Origin: Mariniphaga sp.
GTDB lineage: Bacteria; Bacteroidota; Bacteroidia; Bacteroidales; Prolixibacteraceae
Assembly (NCBI GenBank): GCA_024636975.1
Contig: JAGXGA010000022.1
Span: forward strand, 7,122-71,121
Reading direction: 5' to 3'
Length of the DNA stretch: 64,000 nt
The translations under genes were made by a program, and so were the position numbers. Position 1 is the first letter of the stretch. Each line of letters opens with the position of its first letter. The notes beneath the pieces were generated by a model. That model was not told the DNA's origin, searched no databases, and saw nothing but the letters and a program-made list of their open reading frames with translations. Shown piece by piece: positions 29,695 to 40,400 of this stretch.

Positions 29695-30666
29695 TTATTT
29701 TTTGTAACTCAATGCACCAAGCATGTTGCCATAAATGGTATTAAGCGCTTCCAGATGTTTATTTAACTGCTCTGCGTTTTCCTTATATTTTTGCAATTCG
29801 GAAACCGAAGATGCCAATACTTCATTCATGTGGGTCAAATCACTGCTGAATTTGTGGTTGGCTTCAAACTGTGATTTAGTACCCATCAGCTGAGATTCGA
29901 GGCTTTGATTTAAAGCATTAATATTCTGGTTCAATTTTTCCAGGCTGGTTGAATATACTTTAGAACCTTTGCTAACCGATTCGAGTTCGGCTGAAAATTT
30001 TCCGGATGCACCGTTTACTGTATCAGCAAGGTTATTTCCAGCTTCTGAAAGCCTGGCTGAAAACTCATCGCTGCTCCTGTTTAATTTGTCGAATGATATT
30101 TTACCTGTTTCAGAAAGTTGCTGTGATGCCGTTGAATACGACTGAACCAGTTTTTCAACCGAAGAGTTTACGGTTTCGTTGGCCCGATTGTTAATTTCAG
30201 CGAATGACATCATTGATTCTGAAGCGCTACTCAGGTTTTTGACATACATATCGGTGGCAAGGGTGGCTGAAGAAATGTCGCTGATACCATTGGCAGCATT
30301 CGACAGGTTGTTCAGGCTTTGGCCTACCTTATCAAATAAATCAGGTGAAAACTCTGAAGAAGAGAGCAGTTGGTTAAAGCCGTTTTTTCCTTTTCTTGAG
30401 TAATCATCCAGTTCCATCACCTCATAATCGTCGCGAAGTTCAGGGTAAACCTTTGACCATTCCGGCATTTCGTGAGTAGGTTCAAAGGCTGATAAAAAGA
30501 AAATAAAAGCTTCTGTTACCAAACCGACTGTAAGGAATAGTCCTGCATATTGCCAGTGCTGGAGTTTGAACAAGGCTCCAATCATAACAATGGATGCACC
30601 CCATCCGTAAACATATCCCATGAATGTTTTCCAGCGTTTTGTCTTAAATAATTCACCAATATTCAT
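29695..30666 (-). CDS. gldL: T9SS/gliding motor protein GldL (PorL-length form)
   Basis: It has two N-terminal TM helices with the motif YGWGASIVMIGALFKLQHW...GLVTEAFIFFLSAFEP. Confidence 0.85.
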   Translation of the reverse strand: MNIGELFKTKRWKTFMGYVYGWGASIVMIGALFKLQHWQYAGLFLTVGLVTEAFIFFLSAFEPTHEMPEWSKVYPELRDDYEVMELDDYSRKGKNGFNQLLSSSEFSPDLFDKVGQSLNNLSNAANGISDISSATLATDMYVKNLSSASESMMSFAEINNRANETVNSSVEKLVQSYSTASQQLSETGKISFDKLNRSSDEFSARLSEAGNNLADTVNGASGKFSAELESVSKGSKVYSTSLEKLNQNINALNQSLESQLMGTKSQFEANHKFSSDLTHMNEVLASSVSELQKYKENAEQLNKHLEALNTIYGNMLGALSYKK

Positions 30667-30691
30667 TTCTTCGAGGTTTAAGGTTTGTTAA

Positions 30692-32032
30692 TTAATTAAA
30701 TTCATCTCCAAATGTTGAACGTACACAACGAAATCCGACAAAAGATTTTGTTGTATCCTGGTATTCGAATCCCCTGGTTGAAACCTGGGTAAAGTATGCG
30801 ATATCTTTCCATGAACCCCCGCGGATAACTTTTCTTTTCATGACAGGAGGGTCATCGGGCCGGGCATTGTAAGTAAAGGTTGGATTCAGATCACTGAAAT
30901 AATTGTAACCGGCTTCGTCATAAGCGGTTTCTGTCCATTCTGCAACGTTCCCCGACATGTCGTATAAACCATATTGGTTGGGTTCATAACTTCCCACTTT
31001 CATTGTAGAAATTCCACCGTCTTCAACATAATTTCCCCGCAGCGGCTTGAAGTTTGAGAGAAATACCCCGTCTTCATCACGTGCGTAATAGCCACCCCAT
31101 GGGTACATTGAAAATTCTTTACCACCGCGGGCAGCATACTCCCATTCAACTTCTGTAGGCAAGCGATATGCCTGCATTGACGGCTGTCTTCTGGTGGTTA
31201 AATATTCAGTTTGAATTTTAGTTCTCCAATTGCAGAATGCCATAGCTTGTTTCCAGGTAACACCTACAACAGGATATTCATCAAAACCCGGATGCCAGAA
31301 ATATCGGGTTGCCCAGGGTTCATTGTATGAATAGGTAAAATCCCGCATCCATGTAAGGGTATCCGGATAAACATGCACCTGGTCGTTCATAATAAAAGCT
31401 GACCTATTCTCGATGGGTTGCAGTTCTCCTTCACTGTTGTAAACACTACCATTGTAACGTTGATTTTGGAAATCGTAACTGTTGGCACGCTTAGCAGCCT
31501 GGTGCAGATCGATCCACCAGTACTCATAAACCAGTTTACGGGTATCAATTTCCTTTTTGCCAAAAAAACGTTCGTTTTCGGGCAGATACATATCTTCCAT
31601 AGCCAACTGGTAATCGGGATCATTCCAGTTGAGCCGTTCCCTCCAGTTAATGGTAGGCGGGTCGATTGGGTTGCCTTCCCTGTCTTCTGTTATAAGGAAT
31701 TCAGGGTATTGTTCTCCAACCATTTTACGGGCAATGGAATCTCTTACCCAACTTACGAATTGGCGGTATTCATTATTTGTAATTTCTGTGTCATCCATCC
31801 AAAAGGCATCTTGCGAAACTGTTTTGGTAGGTGTTCCTGACATAGCCGGATCCTGATCACTGGGACCGATATTGAAACTTCCACGCCGGACATAAACCAT
31901 TCCATAGGGCTGCGTTTCCCGCCATTTAGGCCGATTTTGTACTCCGACCAATTCACCATTCCCAGAGGGGTTGCAACTGGTGAAACTGATAAGGGTTGTG
32001 AGTACAAGTGCAATAAAAAGAAGTTTTTTCAT
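30692..32032 (-). CDS. gldK: T9SS/gliding lipoprotein GldK (PorK)
   Basis: It has the lipoprotein signal SFTSC and a SUMF1/FGE-like fold. It is the first gene of the K-L-M-N block. Confidence 0.85.
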   Translation of the reverse strand: MKKLLFIALVLTTLISFTSCNPSGNGELVGVQNRPKWRETQPYGMVYVRRGSFNIGPSDQDPAMSGTPTKTVSQDAFWMDDTEITNNEYRQFVSWVRDSIARKMVGEQYPEFLITEDREGNPIDPPTINWRERLNWNDPDYQLAMEDMYLPENERFFGKKEIDTRKLVYEYWWIDLHQAAKRANSYDFQNQRYNGSVYNSEGELQPIENRSAFIMNDQVHVYPDTLTWMRDFTYSYNEPWATRYFWHPGFDEYPVVGVTWKQAMAFCNWRTKIQTEYLTTRRQPSMQAYRLPTEVEWEYAARGGKEFSMYPWGGYYARDEDGVFLSNFKPLRGNYVEDGGISTMKVGSYEPNQYGLYDMSGNVAEWTETAYDEAGYNYFSDLNPTFTYNARPDDPPVMKRKVIRGGSWKDIAYFTQVSTRGFEYQDTTKSFVGFRCVRSTFGDEFN

Positions 32033-32054
32033 AGCTCAAATATATCGCTTTCTT

Positions 32055-32999
32055 TTATAAATATCTTATACTTTTATATTTCTGACTTCGGTTGCGTTCC
32101 AAAGTAACCGAATAACTTACAAATATTTCATGCGACGCAAATCCATAATACCCAATGGCTGATGTAACCAAATCAAACGAGTATCCCACTTTTAATCCAT
32201 TAGCCAGTTCAAGGCCCATCAACAGGGCAACAGCGTCATCTACCCTGTAGGAAAGTCCCCCCCAAAACTTGTCGTTGTAAACAATGTTTGTGTTTACATC
32301 CAACTGCCATGTAGCAATGTCGGACTTAAACAAGAACGAAGGTCGTAACTCAAATAACGGGTCTGCCAAACGAATATTGTATCCCCCCATTAAATAATAA
32401 TGTCTTGGTAAATATGATCTTGCAGATTCATCGAATTCGATGGTGGCCTCATTGATGTGTGTTGTTGAAAATCCAAGGAAATAATTATTGGTGGTAAGGT
32501 ATAATCCTGCACCGGCATCAAATGCGAGCTGACTTGCTTCTCCCTGGGGCACCGACTGATCGTTTGTGGGATCTGTAAATCTGTCATCATCGATGCCTTT
32601 CCAATCTCCGTTTACGCTTTGGTTGTAAAATCCTGCTGACACCCCTATGGAAAGGGCGCCAAAGCTCAATTCAGTTCTGTAGGCATAATTGGCGTTAATC
32701 AGTATATTTTCAAAATTTCCCAACCGGTCGCTTATTATATTAAGTCCAAGGCCTCCTGATGTTCCAAATAAATTTGTTGAAGCGTCAACACTAAAAACAA
32801 GCGTCTCTGGTGCACCTTTCATTCCAACCCATTGATAGCGGTTTAAAATTAGTCCATTTAATGCATTGTCGGCTCCTGCATAGGCCGGATTTACTCCCAG
32901 TTTATAAAACATATTGTTTGTAAACTGTGGGTCTATCTGACCTGAAGCTGCCAAATTAATAATAAATATCAAATATAGAAAAGAAATAATTTTTTTCAT
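32055..32999 (-). CDS. PorP/SprF-family T9SS outer-membrane protein
   Basis: It has a signal peptide and PQFTNNMFYKLGVNPAYAG (the PorP/SprF N-terminal motif), is beta-barrel-like, and lies upstream of gldK as in porPKLMN. I prefer the ATG at 32999. Confidence 0.75.
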   Translation of the reverse strand: MKKIISFLYLIFIINLAASGQIDPQFTNNMFYKLGVNPAYAGADNALNGLILNRYQWVGMKGAPETLVFSVDASTNLFGTSGGLGLNIISDRLGNFENILINANYAYRTELSFGALSIGVSAGFYNQSVNGDWKGIDDDRFTDPTNDQSVPQGEASQLAFDAGAGLYLTTNNYFLGFSTTHINEATIEFDESARSYLPRHYYLMGGYNIRLADPLFELRPSFLFKSDIATWQLDVNTNIVYNDKFWGGLSYRVDDAVALLMGLELANGLKVGYSFDLVTSAIGYYGFASHEIFVSYSVTLERNRSQKYKSIRYL

Positions 33000-33117
33000 A
33001 CACCAATATGGATGTGAATCCATTATATTTTCCAATCCGCGCTAAAGAAATAAAAAAATGTTCTTTATAACAAACTTCTGCCGGTTCGGTAAACCTAAGA
33101 ACGCACTCATTAATTTA

Positions 33118-34260
33118 TTATTTTGAAAGGCGATCCATTTTTTGGAGGAACCGAAGCCAGCGTTCAGGAATTTCATTTGCTGCAGCCTGCCTGTATTCCT
33201 CTTCTGAACAGGCTATTTCAATAGTTTCACCGTTTATTCCCTTTACATCAAACCACCAGCGGTTTAACTCCCTTTCGTGCCTGAAAACAACCGGATGGTC
33301 AAGGTCTTCTATTTCTACCTTATAAGCGGTTCTGGTAAAGCATTGTTTTCTGGCTGAAACACCTTTTAAAAAATACCAGGTAATTTCTGCTGCCAATGCC
33401 GATGTGAGGCCATCCTTATTATTTTCGGCAGCGGTTTCAAATAATCCAAAAACCGACAGACGAGGGCTTAACCCTGCATAATGCGCCAGCTGACAGGCCT
33501 CTTCTCCCCGCAACCCATTGGGGTTTCTGGCTGAAGTAGCAGGAGCTTCAATATATTTGAGTGCCCCCATGTCGAATGACAAAACATTGGAATTCCGAAG
33601 CAACAGTTCAGCCTGGTTTATATTATCACGCAACTCGCCAAGCCGGAGATGATTACCAAAGTCGCTGGTTTTATTTAGCAGCTGTTCGCCCGTAAGGTGT
33701 TGCTGGTAGCCAATCAGACTGAATTGAAACAAATGAGGAAACATCCTGAAGAGACGTGTAAGGTAGTTTTTGGAACTGAATGTTTCGGTTCCTGTCTTAA
33801 CATCAAATACTGCATCTATTGCGGACAACCAGAAAAACCTTTCATTTCGAAAGGCTTCACAGATCCCAATAGTAAGCTCCTGGCTTCCTCCCAAAACAAC
33901 TGTCACAATGTTTAATTCGTTCAGGTATTCCACAATATCACGCAATGCAAGTAATGTTCCTTTATGGCTTATGGACGGCTTAAGGTTACCCAGATCACTT
34001 ATTTTTAGTTTTCCTTCAAAAGCTGCCAACCGATAAAGTGATTTCCTTATTATATCTGGAGAAGAGGATCCTTTCTTTTGTCTCTTACCATTTGTTTCAG
34101 GAATTCCAAGCAGGGCAATATCGGTTTTTATCAGTGACTTTAGGTTTATCGTGCCACTGAATCTTTCAACATGCGGACCAAGGCCGTATTTTCCTAAAGG
34201 AGCACTTTTCTCAATGATTTGAGAAAAATCAACCAGATCAAAGTAATCGGTTAAGTTCAT
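33118..34260 (-). CDS. Arginase/formiminoglutamase-fold protein with degenerate metal-binding motifs
   Basis: Collinear arginase-family blocks are present, but GGDHS is replaced by GGSQE, DAHxD by DAVFD, and SxDxDxxDP by SFDMGALKY. Confidence 0.55.
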   Translation of the reverse strand: MNLTDYFDLVDFSQIIEKSAPLGKYGLGPHVERFSGTINLKSLIKTDIALLGIPETNGKRQKKGSSSPDIIRKSLYRLAAFEGKLKISDLGNLKPSISHKGTLLALRDIVEYLNELNIVTVVLGGSQELTIGICEAFRNERFFWLSAIDAVFDVKTGTETFSSKNYLTRLFRMFPHLFQFSLIGYQQHLTGEQLLNKTSDFGNHLRLGELRDNINQAELLLRNSNVLSFDMGALKYIEAPATSARNPNGLRGEEACQLAHYAGLSPRLSVFGLFETAAENNKDGLTSALAAEITWYFLKGVSARKQCFTRTAYKVEIEDLDHPVVFRHERELNRWWFDVKGINGETIEIACSEEEYRQAAANEIPERWLRFLQKMDRLSK

Positions 34261-34317
34261 TTGAAATAGATTTCTGCAAAAATAAAGGCAAATGTTAATT
34301 CATCTGCCTCTTATTGC

Positions 34318-36657
34318 CTATTTTTTTCTTCGGCCCCCTCTTGCTTTTGGCTCAGGTGATTGACTAATTATGTTTTTGCAATCTTCCAGCGAAAGTTCTT
34401 CTGCCTTCATTTTCTTTGGAATCTTGTAATTCTTTTTCTGGTACGAAATGTAAGGTCCCCACCGGCCGTTTAAAACTTTCAGTTCAGGCTCCTCGTCAAA
34501 CTCCATTATAACTGCTTTTCGCTCTTTTTCCCGTTTGGCTTCAATTAATTGAATGGCGTGCTGAAGTTCTACAGTAAGAGGATCATCTTCTTTATCTAAT
34601 GAAACAAATTTATTGTCGTGCCTGATGTAAGGGCCAAAGCGTCCTATACCAACAGTCACTTTTTTGTTTTCATATTCACCCAGATCGCGTGGCAATTTAA
34701 ATAAATCGAGTGCCTCTTCCAGAGTTATAGTTTCAAGGTGCTGTCCTGTCCGCAGACTGGCAAACTGAGGTTTTTCATCATCTGTTTCAGGATTTGCAAC
34801 ACCTAACTGTGCTAAAGGTCCGTACCTTCCTATTTTTACTGAAACCTGTTTGCCTGTTTTAGGATCCGGACCCAGTACACGTTCTCCTTTTGATCGTTCT
34901 GAATGCTTTAGAACATTCTCCACCTGTCCATGAAACGGCCGGTAAAATTTGTCGATCATTTCATTCCAGACTTTTTCTCCTTCGGCTATATCATCAAATT
35001 CTTTTTCAACATTTGCGGTAAAGTTAAAGTCCATTATCTGTTCAAAGTTTTCCATCAGAAAATCATTGACCACCATGCCGATATCTGTCGGGAAAAGCTT
35101 TGATCGTTCAGCTCCCGTAATCTCTGTTTTAACTTTACCCGTAATTTTGTCGTTCTTTAAGGTAATTATATTGTATGCCCTTTCAATACCTGGCCGGTCT
35201 TCCTTCACCACATAAGTGCGGTTTTGGATGGTAGTAATGGTAGGGGCATAAGTGGATGGTCGTCCTATTCCAAGTTCCTCAAGCTTTTTCACAAGCGATG
35301 CTTCTGTAAATCGTGGAGGCCTTTGTGAATACCTTTGGGTAGCCAGTATCGATGCCATGTCAAGTGAATCATTTGCTTTCAGCGGAGGAATAATATCCTG
35401 ACCAGCCACACTGCTTAAGTTTTCATCGTCGGTTGACTCCATATATACTTTCAGAAACCCATCGAAAATAATAACTTCACCTGAGGCGATAAAATCTTCA
35501 GGTGCGGTGGAAACCGAAATGGTAACCGTAGTTTTTTCGAGCAGGGCATCAGCCATTTGTGAAGCCATCGTGCGTTTCCAGATCAATTCATATAAGCGTT
35601 GTTCCTGGTTTGAGCCTGCAACTGTTTCCTGGTCCATATAGGTAGGCCGGATTGCTTCATGGGCTTCCTGTGCTCCTTTCGATTTGGTCTGATATTTTCT
35701 GATTTTTACATAATTCTCACCATGCAGCTCAGTAATTTTCTTTTTTGCCGTATTAATGGCCAAATCGGAAAGATTAACTGAGTCGGTTCGCATATAAGTG
35801 ATTTTACCGTTTTCGTACAAACGCTGGGCTACTGACATAGTCTGGGCTACAGAAAAATTTAGCTTTCGGCTGGCTTCCTGCTGAAGGGTAGATGTGGTAA
35901 AAGGTTGTGCTGGCGAACGCTTACCTGGTTTTTTTATTACATCGGCTATAGTGAACTCAGCCGACCGGCATTTTTCCAAAAAGGCATTGGCTTCATCTTT
36001 GGTTGGAAACCTTTTATTTAATTCGGCCTTTACTTCTGCCGGATTGCCTCCATCGTCAATTGTAAGAAATGTGCCTGTAATGCGGTACCAATTGTCACTT
36101 TCAAAATTCATAATATCCCGCTCGCGATCTACAATCAGCCTTACAGCCACCGATTGAACACGCCCTGCTGAAAGTGAAGGTTTAACTTTTTTCCATAACA
36201 CCGGAGAGATCTCAAAGCCAACAACACGGTCGAGCACCCGCCTTGCCTGTTGCGCATTTACAAGGTTGTCGTCAATGCTGCGGGGGTTTTTTATAGCCTT
36301 TTCAATAGCTTCTTTTGTGATTTCATGGAAGACTATCCTCTTTGTGTTTTCAGGTTTAAGCTTTAAAACCTCTTTGAGGTGCCATGCAATGGCTTCACCT
36401 TCACGGTCTTCATCCGATGCAAGCCATACCATTTGGGCATCTTTAGCTAGCTTCTTTAGTTCAGTAACTATTTTTTTCTTATCAGGAGAAACAACATATT
36501 TTGGCTGGTAATTATTTTCCAGATCAATACCAAAATCTTTTTTTTCAAGGTCACGTATGTGACCCATACATGAGGTTACTGTAAAGTTTTTACCTAAAAA
36601 TTTCCCTATGGTTTTTGCTTTTGCCGGGGACTCAACTATAACAAGGTTTTCCTGCAT
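34318..36657 (-). CDS. topA: DNA topoisomerase I
   Basis: It has the Toprim N-terminus LVIVESPAKAKTI and the active-site region TYMRTDS. Repeated C-terminal domains bring it to 779 aa. Confidence 0.95.
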   Translation of the reverse strand: MQENLVIVESPAKAKTIGKFLGKNFTVTSCMGHIRDLEKKDFGIDLENNYQPKYVVSPDKKKIVTELKKLAKDAQMVWLASDEDREGEAIAWHLKEVLKLKPENTKRIVFHEITKEAIEKAIKNPRSIDDNLVNAQQARRVLDRVVGFEISPVLWKKVKPSLSAGRVQSVAVRLIVDRERDIMNFESDNWYRITGTFLTIDDGGNPAEVKAELNKRFPTKDEANAFLEKCRSAEFTIADVIKKPGKRSPAQPFTTSTLQQEASRKLNFSVAQTMSVAQRLYENGKITYMRTDSVNLSDLAINTAKKKITELHGENYVKIRKYQTKSKGAQEAHEAIRPTYMDQETVAGSNQEQRLYELIWKRTMASQMADALLEKTTVTISVSTAPEDFIASGEVIIFDGFLKVYMESTDDENLSSVAGQDIIPPLKANDSLDMASILATQRYSQRPPRFTEASLVKKLEELGIGRPSTYAPTITTIQNRTYVVKEDRPGIERAYNIITLKNDKITGKVKTEITGAERSKLFPTDIGMVVNDFLMENFEQIMDFNFTANVEKEFDDIAEGEKVWNEMIDKFYRPFHGQVENVLKHSERSKGERVLGPDPKTGKQVSVKIGRYGPLAQLGVANPETDDEKPQFASLRTGQHLETITLEEALDLFKLPRDLGEYENKKVTVGIGRFGPYIRHDNKFVSLDKEDDPLTVELQHAIQLIEAKREKERKAVIMEFDEEPELKVLNGRWGPYISYQKKNYKIPKKMKAEELSLEDCKNIISQSPEPKARGGRRKK

Positions 36658-36833
36658 ACTTTTATTTTCTCTAATGAAAATTTCTGCAAATTAAAGAAAA
36701 TGAAACGCTAAGTTCAAAATATAATGTATTTATTTTATTTCTATGGGTTTGGTAATGATTAATTTATTTGCTGATTGATAAAATATTACATGACCTGATT
36801 CGTTTAATTTTATGCTTCACCCATTGAAAGATA

Positions 36834-36841
36834 TATCTTTG
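36834..36841 (+). promoter_or_regulatory. Bacteroidota -7 promoter box (TAnnTTTG) upstream of the PBP1A gene
   Basis: TATCTTTG lies 27 nt upstream of the ATG at 36868. This is a motif match only. Confidence 0.3.
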
Positions 36842-36867
36842 TCAAAAAATAATAATTACTGAATTTT

Positions 36868-39228
36868 ATGGCCGAAGAAGAAGAAAAAATAAATAACAAC
36901 TGGAAGAAACCCATTATAATATTCTGGTCAATATTCGTTTTAGGAGTCGCAAGTGTTGTGATCCTCTTTGCACTTATTGCAAGGGGTACTCTTGGTTTTA
37001 TGCCAACCTTCGAAGAGTTGGAGAACCCTCCGAATCTTCTTTCTTCTGAGATTTATTCGGAAGACGGAAACATTCTGGATAAATACTTCATAAACGAAAA
37101 CAGGGCATTTGTACATTACAGCAACCTTCCGCCTCATTTAATGGATGCCCTGGTGGCTACTGAGGATGTGCGGTTCTTCAACCATTCAGGTATCGATGTC
37201 CGAGGACTTCTGCGTGTATTTAAAGGTGTTGTTACCGGCGATGCAAGTTCGGGCGGTGGTAGTACAATCAGCCAGCAGCTTGCAAAAATGCTGTTTCCAA
37301 GGGAAGAAATTGCAAGCAAACCGGAACTGGTGTTAAGGAAGTTTCGGGAATGGGTTATTGCCGTTAATCTTGAACGCAATTACACAAAGGAAGAAATCAT
37401 TCTGATGTATCTGAACAAGTACGATTTCCTGAATCTGGCTGTAGGTATAAAATCGGCTGCCAGCGTGTATTTCAGCATACCGCCCGATTCGCTTCAGTTG
37501 CATCAGTCGGCCATGCTGGTCGGAATGGCACAAAACTCATCGCTTTACAATCCGGTGAGGCGACCAGAGCTGGTGATAAATCGACGCAATGTGGTATTAA
37601 ATCAGATGGCAAAATATGGGTTTATAACCAAAGCGGTAAGAGATTCAGTAAAACAACTCCCGCTCGATCTTGATTTCAATAAGGTGGATTATAAAACCGG
37701 CCCGGCACCATATCTTCGCGAATACCTGAGGCTGACTCTAACAGCAAAAGAACCTGAAAGAAAAAATTACGCCTCATGGCAAATGCAAAAATTCAGGGAG
37801 GATTCCATCGAATGGGAAACAAATCCTTTGTACGGATGGTCTTCTAAAAACATTAAACCCAACGGAGAGAATTACAATTTATATACCGACGGTTTAAAAA
37901 TTTACACCACAATTGACTCTCGTATGCAGAAATATGCTGTAGAGTCGGTTGAATATCATTTGAAAAATAACCTCCAGCCCGATTTCGACGGTGGAATGAA
38001 GAACCTTAAGAATCCTCCCTTCGGAAATAACATGACCAATGATGAGGTGGAGGAATTAATTAATCGCGAAATTAGGAGGAGTGAGCGATATCGTTTATTG
38101 AGCAACCAGGGAAAAAATTTCACTGAAATAAAGAAAAACTTCAGGGATCCTGTCGAGATGACTATCTTTTCGTGGAAAGGTGAGATTGACACCATTATGT
38201 CGCCAATGGACTCAATTAAATGGTACCTCAGGTATTTCCGGTCTTCGTTTATGGCTATGGAAACTGAGTCGGGTAAAGTAAAGGCATATGTTGGCGGCCC
38301 CAATTATCAGTATTTCATGTACGACATGGTAAAGGGAGGCAAACGGCAGGTAGGTTCCACTGTAAAACCTTTCCTTTATACTCTTGCCATGCAGAATGGT
38401 TATACACCTTGTACCAAGGTGCCATATGTGAGCCAGCAGTTTCAGATGCCTGACGGAACAATATGGGAGCCGAAAGATTCAGAACTTGATACTGAAAATG
38501 AAGGCAAGATGGTAACTCTCAAATGGGGGCTTGCCAATTCACGCAATAAAATATCGGCATGGGTAATGAAACAGTTTAATCCAAATGCTGTTGCTGAAGT
38601 GATGAAACGCATGGGGGTCTACAGTCCTATTGATCCTGTACCTTCAATGTTTTTGGGAACCTCTGATATAACCCTTTATGAAATGGTAGGTGCCTTTAAT
38701 ACATACCCAAACCAGGGAGTTTATGTGAAGCCTTATTTTGTTTCCCGTATAGAAGACCGCTATGGCAATGTTATCAGCGATTTTCAGGCTGACAGGTATG
38801 AAGCATTTAATGAAGAAACAGCTTACCTTATGGTAAATCTGCTGCAGGGAGTTATCGACAATGGAACAGGAATACGGCTTAGAAATCGCGACGGGTATGG
38901 TAAGTTTACAATGCCTATTGCAGGCAAAACCGGAACCACACAAAACCATTCCGATGGCTGGTTCATAGGCATGACACCCGACCTGACTGCAGGGGTATGG
39001 ACAGGTGCCGATTTGCGAAGCATTCATTTTCGTACCATCACCTCCGGACAAGGCGCCAACATGGCATTGCCAATTTGGGGTTACTTCTATAAAAAGGTAC
39101 TGGCCGATCCTTCGTTGGGTTACTCCGAGGATATAAGCTTCAAAAAACCTGATGACTTCAACATCAACCTGGAATGTGAAGATGACAACCAGGTTAAGTC
39201 ATTTCCCGAGTCAGATGATTTCTTCTGA
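36868..39228 (+). CDS. Class A penicillin-binding protein (PBP1A; glycosyltransferase plus transpeptidase)
   Basis: It has the GT51 motifs EDVRFFNHSGID and GGSTISQQLAK. The transpeptidase motifs STVKP and KTGTT are also present. Confidence 0.9.
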   Translation: MAEEEEKINNNWKKPIIIFWSIFVLGVASVVILFALIARGTLGFMPTFEELENPPNLLSSEIYSEDGNILDKYFINENRAFVHYSNLPPHLMDALVATEDVRFFNHSGIDVRGLLRVFKGVVTGDASSGGGSTISQQLAKMLFPREEIASKPELVLRKFREWVIAVNLERNYTKEEIILMYLNKYDFLNLAVGIKSAASVYFSIPPDSLQLHQSAMLVGMAQNSSLYNPVRRPELVINRRNVVLNQMAKYGFITKAVRDSVKQLPLDLDFNKVDYKTGPAPYLREYLRLTLTAKEPERKNYASWQMQKFREDSIEWETNPLYGWSSKNIKPNGENYNLYTDGLKIYTTIDSRMQKYAVESVEYHLKNNLQPDFDGGMKNLKNPPFGNNMTNDEVEELINREIRRSERYRLLSNQGKNFTEIKKNFRDPVEMTIFSWKGEIDTIMSPMDSIKWYLRYFRSSFMAMETESGKVKAYVGGPNYQYFMYDMVKGGKRQVGSTVKPFLYTLAMQNGYTPCTKVPYVSQQFQMPDGTIWEPKDSELDTENEGKMVTLKWGLANSRNKISAWVMKQFNPNAVAEVMKRMGVYSPIDPVPSMFLGTSDITLYEMVGAFNTYPNQGVYVKPYFVSRIEDRYGNVISDFQADRYEAFNEETAYLMVNLLQGVIDNGTGIRLRNRDGYGKFTMPIAGKTGTTQNHSDGWFIGMTPDLTAGVWTGADLRSIHFRTITSGQGANMALPIWGYFYKKVLADPSLGYSEDISFKKPDDFNINLECEDDNQVKSFPESDDFF

Positions 39229-39425
39229 CAGGTTTTCTTAAATACCAATAAATAGTTTTAATTCAAAAACCAGGATTGAAACCCCTTCTTGCTGTTATTT
39301 TTTCAGATGGGGTATCAGCATATAGCTGATAAGATTCAGCTATTATAACATCGTATAACAGCAATTTAATTAGCTGTAATTTTTGTCGGTTGTCTAGTTT
39401 TACAATTCATTTAAATGCAGAAGAA

Positions 39426-39725
39426 ATGAAAAGTAAAACAACAGTTAATTTTCACAATAAGATCAAATCCCTATTGGCTCCCGAAAAATTTGAATACGTG
39501 GAATCCGATCTTGTTTATGAATCGAATGAAAGGCTGGAAGCTTTCTGGCATATCATTATTGCAGGATATTCAATTGACTTTGCCCTTATAAACTACATTA
39601 AACTATACGAATACCTAAAGGACAAACCCATTGAATATTCAGAAGCTCTCACAACCTATTCCAGTTATCCCGGTTTGGAATCGGGAATGTATGTTACCAA
39701 AACCAAATGGTTCGAACTGAATTAA
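39426..39725 (+). CDS. Hypothetical small protein
   Basis: This rests only on an open frame and a downstream terminator. The track start at 39390 is TTG; the first ATG is at 39426. Confidence 0.3.
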   Translation: MKSKTTVNFHNKIKSLLAPEKFEYVESDLVYESNERLEAFWHIIIAGYSIDFALINYIKLYEYLKDKPIEYSEALTTYSSYPGLESGMYVTKTKWFELN

Positions 39726-39751
39726 TCAAGCAGTTCGGATATTATCTGTAG

Positions 39752-39795
39752 ACCGGTTCTGATTCAGTTTAGAACCGGTTTATTTTTATTTTTTC
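39752..39795 (+). terminator. Intrinsic terminator, overlapping the stop codon of the convergent nitroreductase gene
   Basis: The stem accggttct pairs with agaaccggt, followed by ttatttttatttttt. Confidence 0.45.
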
Positions 39796-40287
39796 ATTCT
39801 GGAGTTCACTTGCCGGTTTACCTTCCCTTTTTACATGCGGATAACCTGCCGCAACAATACTGAGTATTCTGTAATTCTCCGGAATACCAAGCAGCTGCTG
39901 AATGTATTGTTCTGATGTAACTGATTCTGAATGATGCCTTTTTCTTATCTGTATCCAACAAGTACCAAGTCCGAATGACTGTGCGGTAAGTTGCAGCAGA
40001 ATGGAAGCAATGGAACAATCCTCAATCCATACATCGTTTTTGTTTTCGTCGGCACACACTACAATTGCCAACCGGGCAGTATCCAGTGGAGTACTTCCAT
40101 GCGGTTTGCATTTCTTTAGCTTTTGAAGGATGTCCCTGTCGTCCACAAAAATAAATTCCCATGGATTTATATTCTTTGATGAAGGAGAGCGCAGTGCTGC
40201 CTCTTTCAATATTTCAACCTTTTCATACTCAATAGCCTGTTCGGTAAATTTCCTGATGCTGCGCCGGAACCTGAGTAGTTCAATCAT
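39769..40287 (-). CDS. Nitroreductase-family protein
   Basis: RRSIRKF at the N-terminus and the later SPSSKNINPWEF are typical of the nitroreductase fold. Confidence 0.75.
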   Translation of the reverse strand: MIELLRFRRSIRKFTEQAIEYEKVEILKEAALRSPSSKNINPWEFIFVDDRDILQKLKKCKPHGSTPLDTARLAIVVCADENKNDVWIEDCSIASILLQLTAQSFGLGTCWIQIRKRHHSESVTSEQYIQQLLGIPENYRILSIVAAGYPHVKREGKPASELQNEKIKINRF

Positions 40288-40400
40288 TTTTTTCTTTCAA
40301 AAATAATCTTCTTTGAGCAAATTTGTCAAATGATAATGTATTGGTATGGGATTCAAAACATTTTTTTTAAATTCAACCCATAGAAATAAATTTTTTGACA

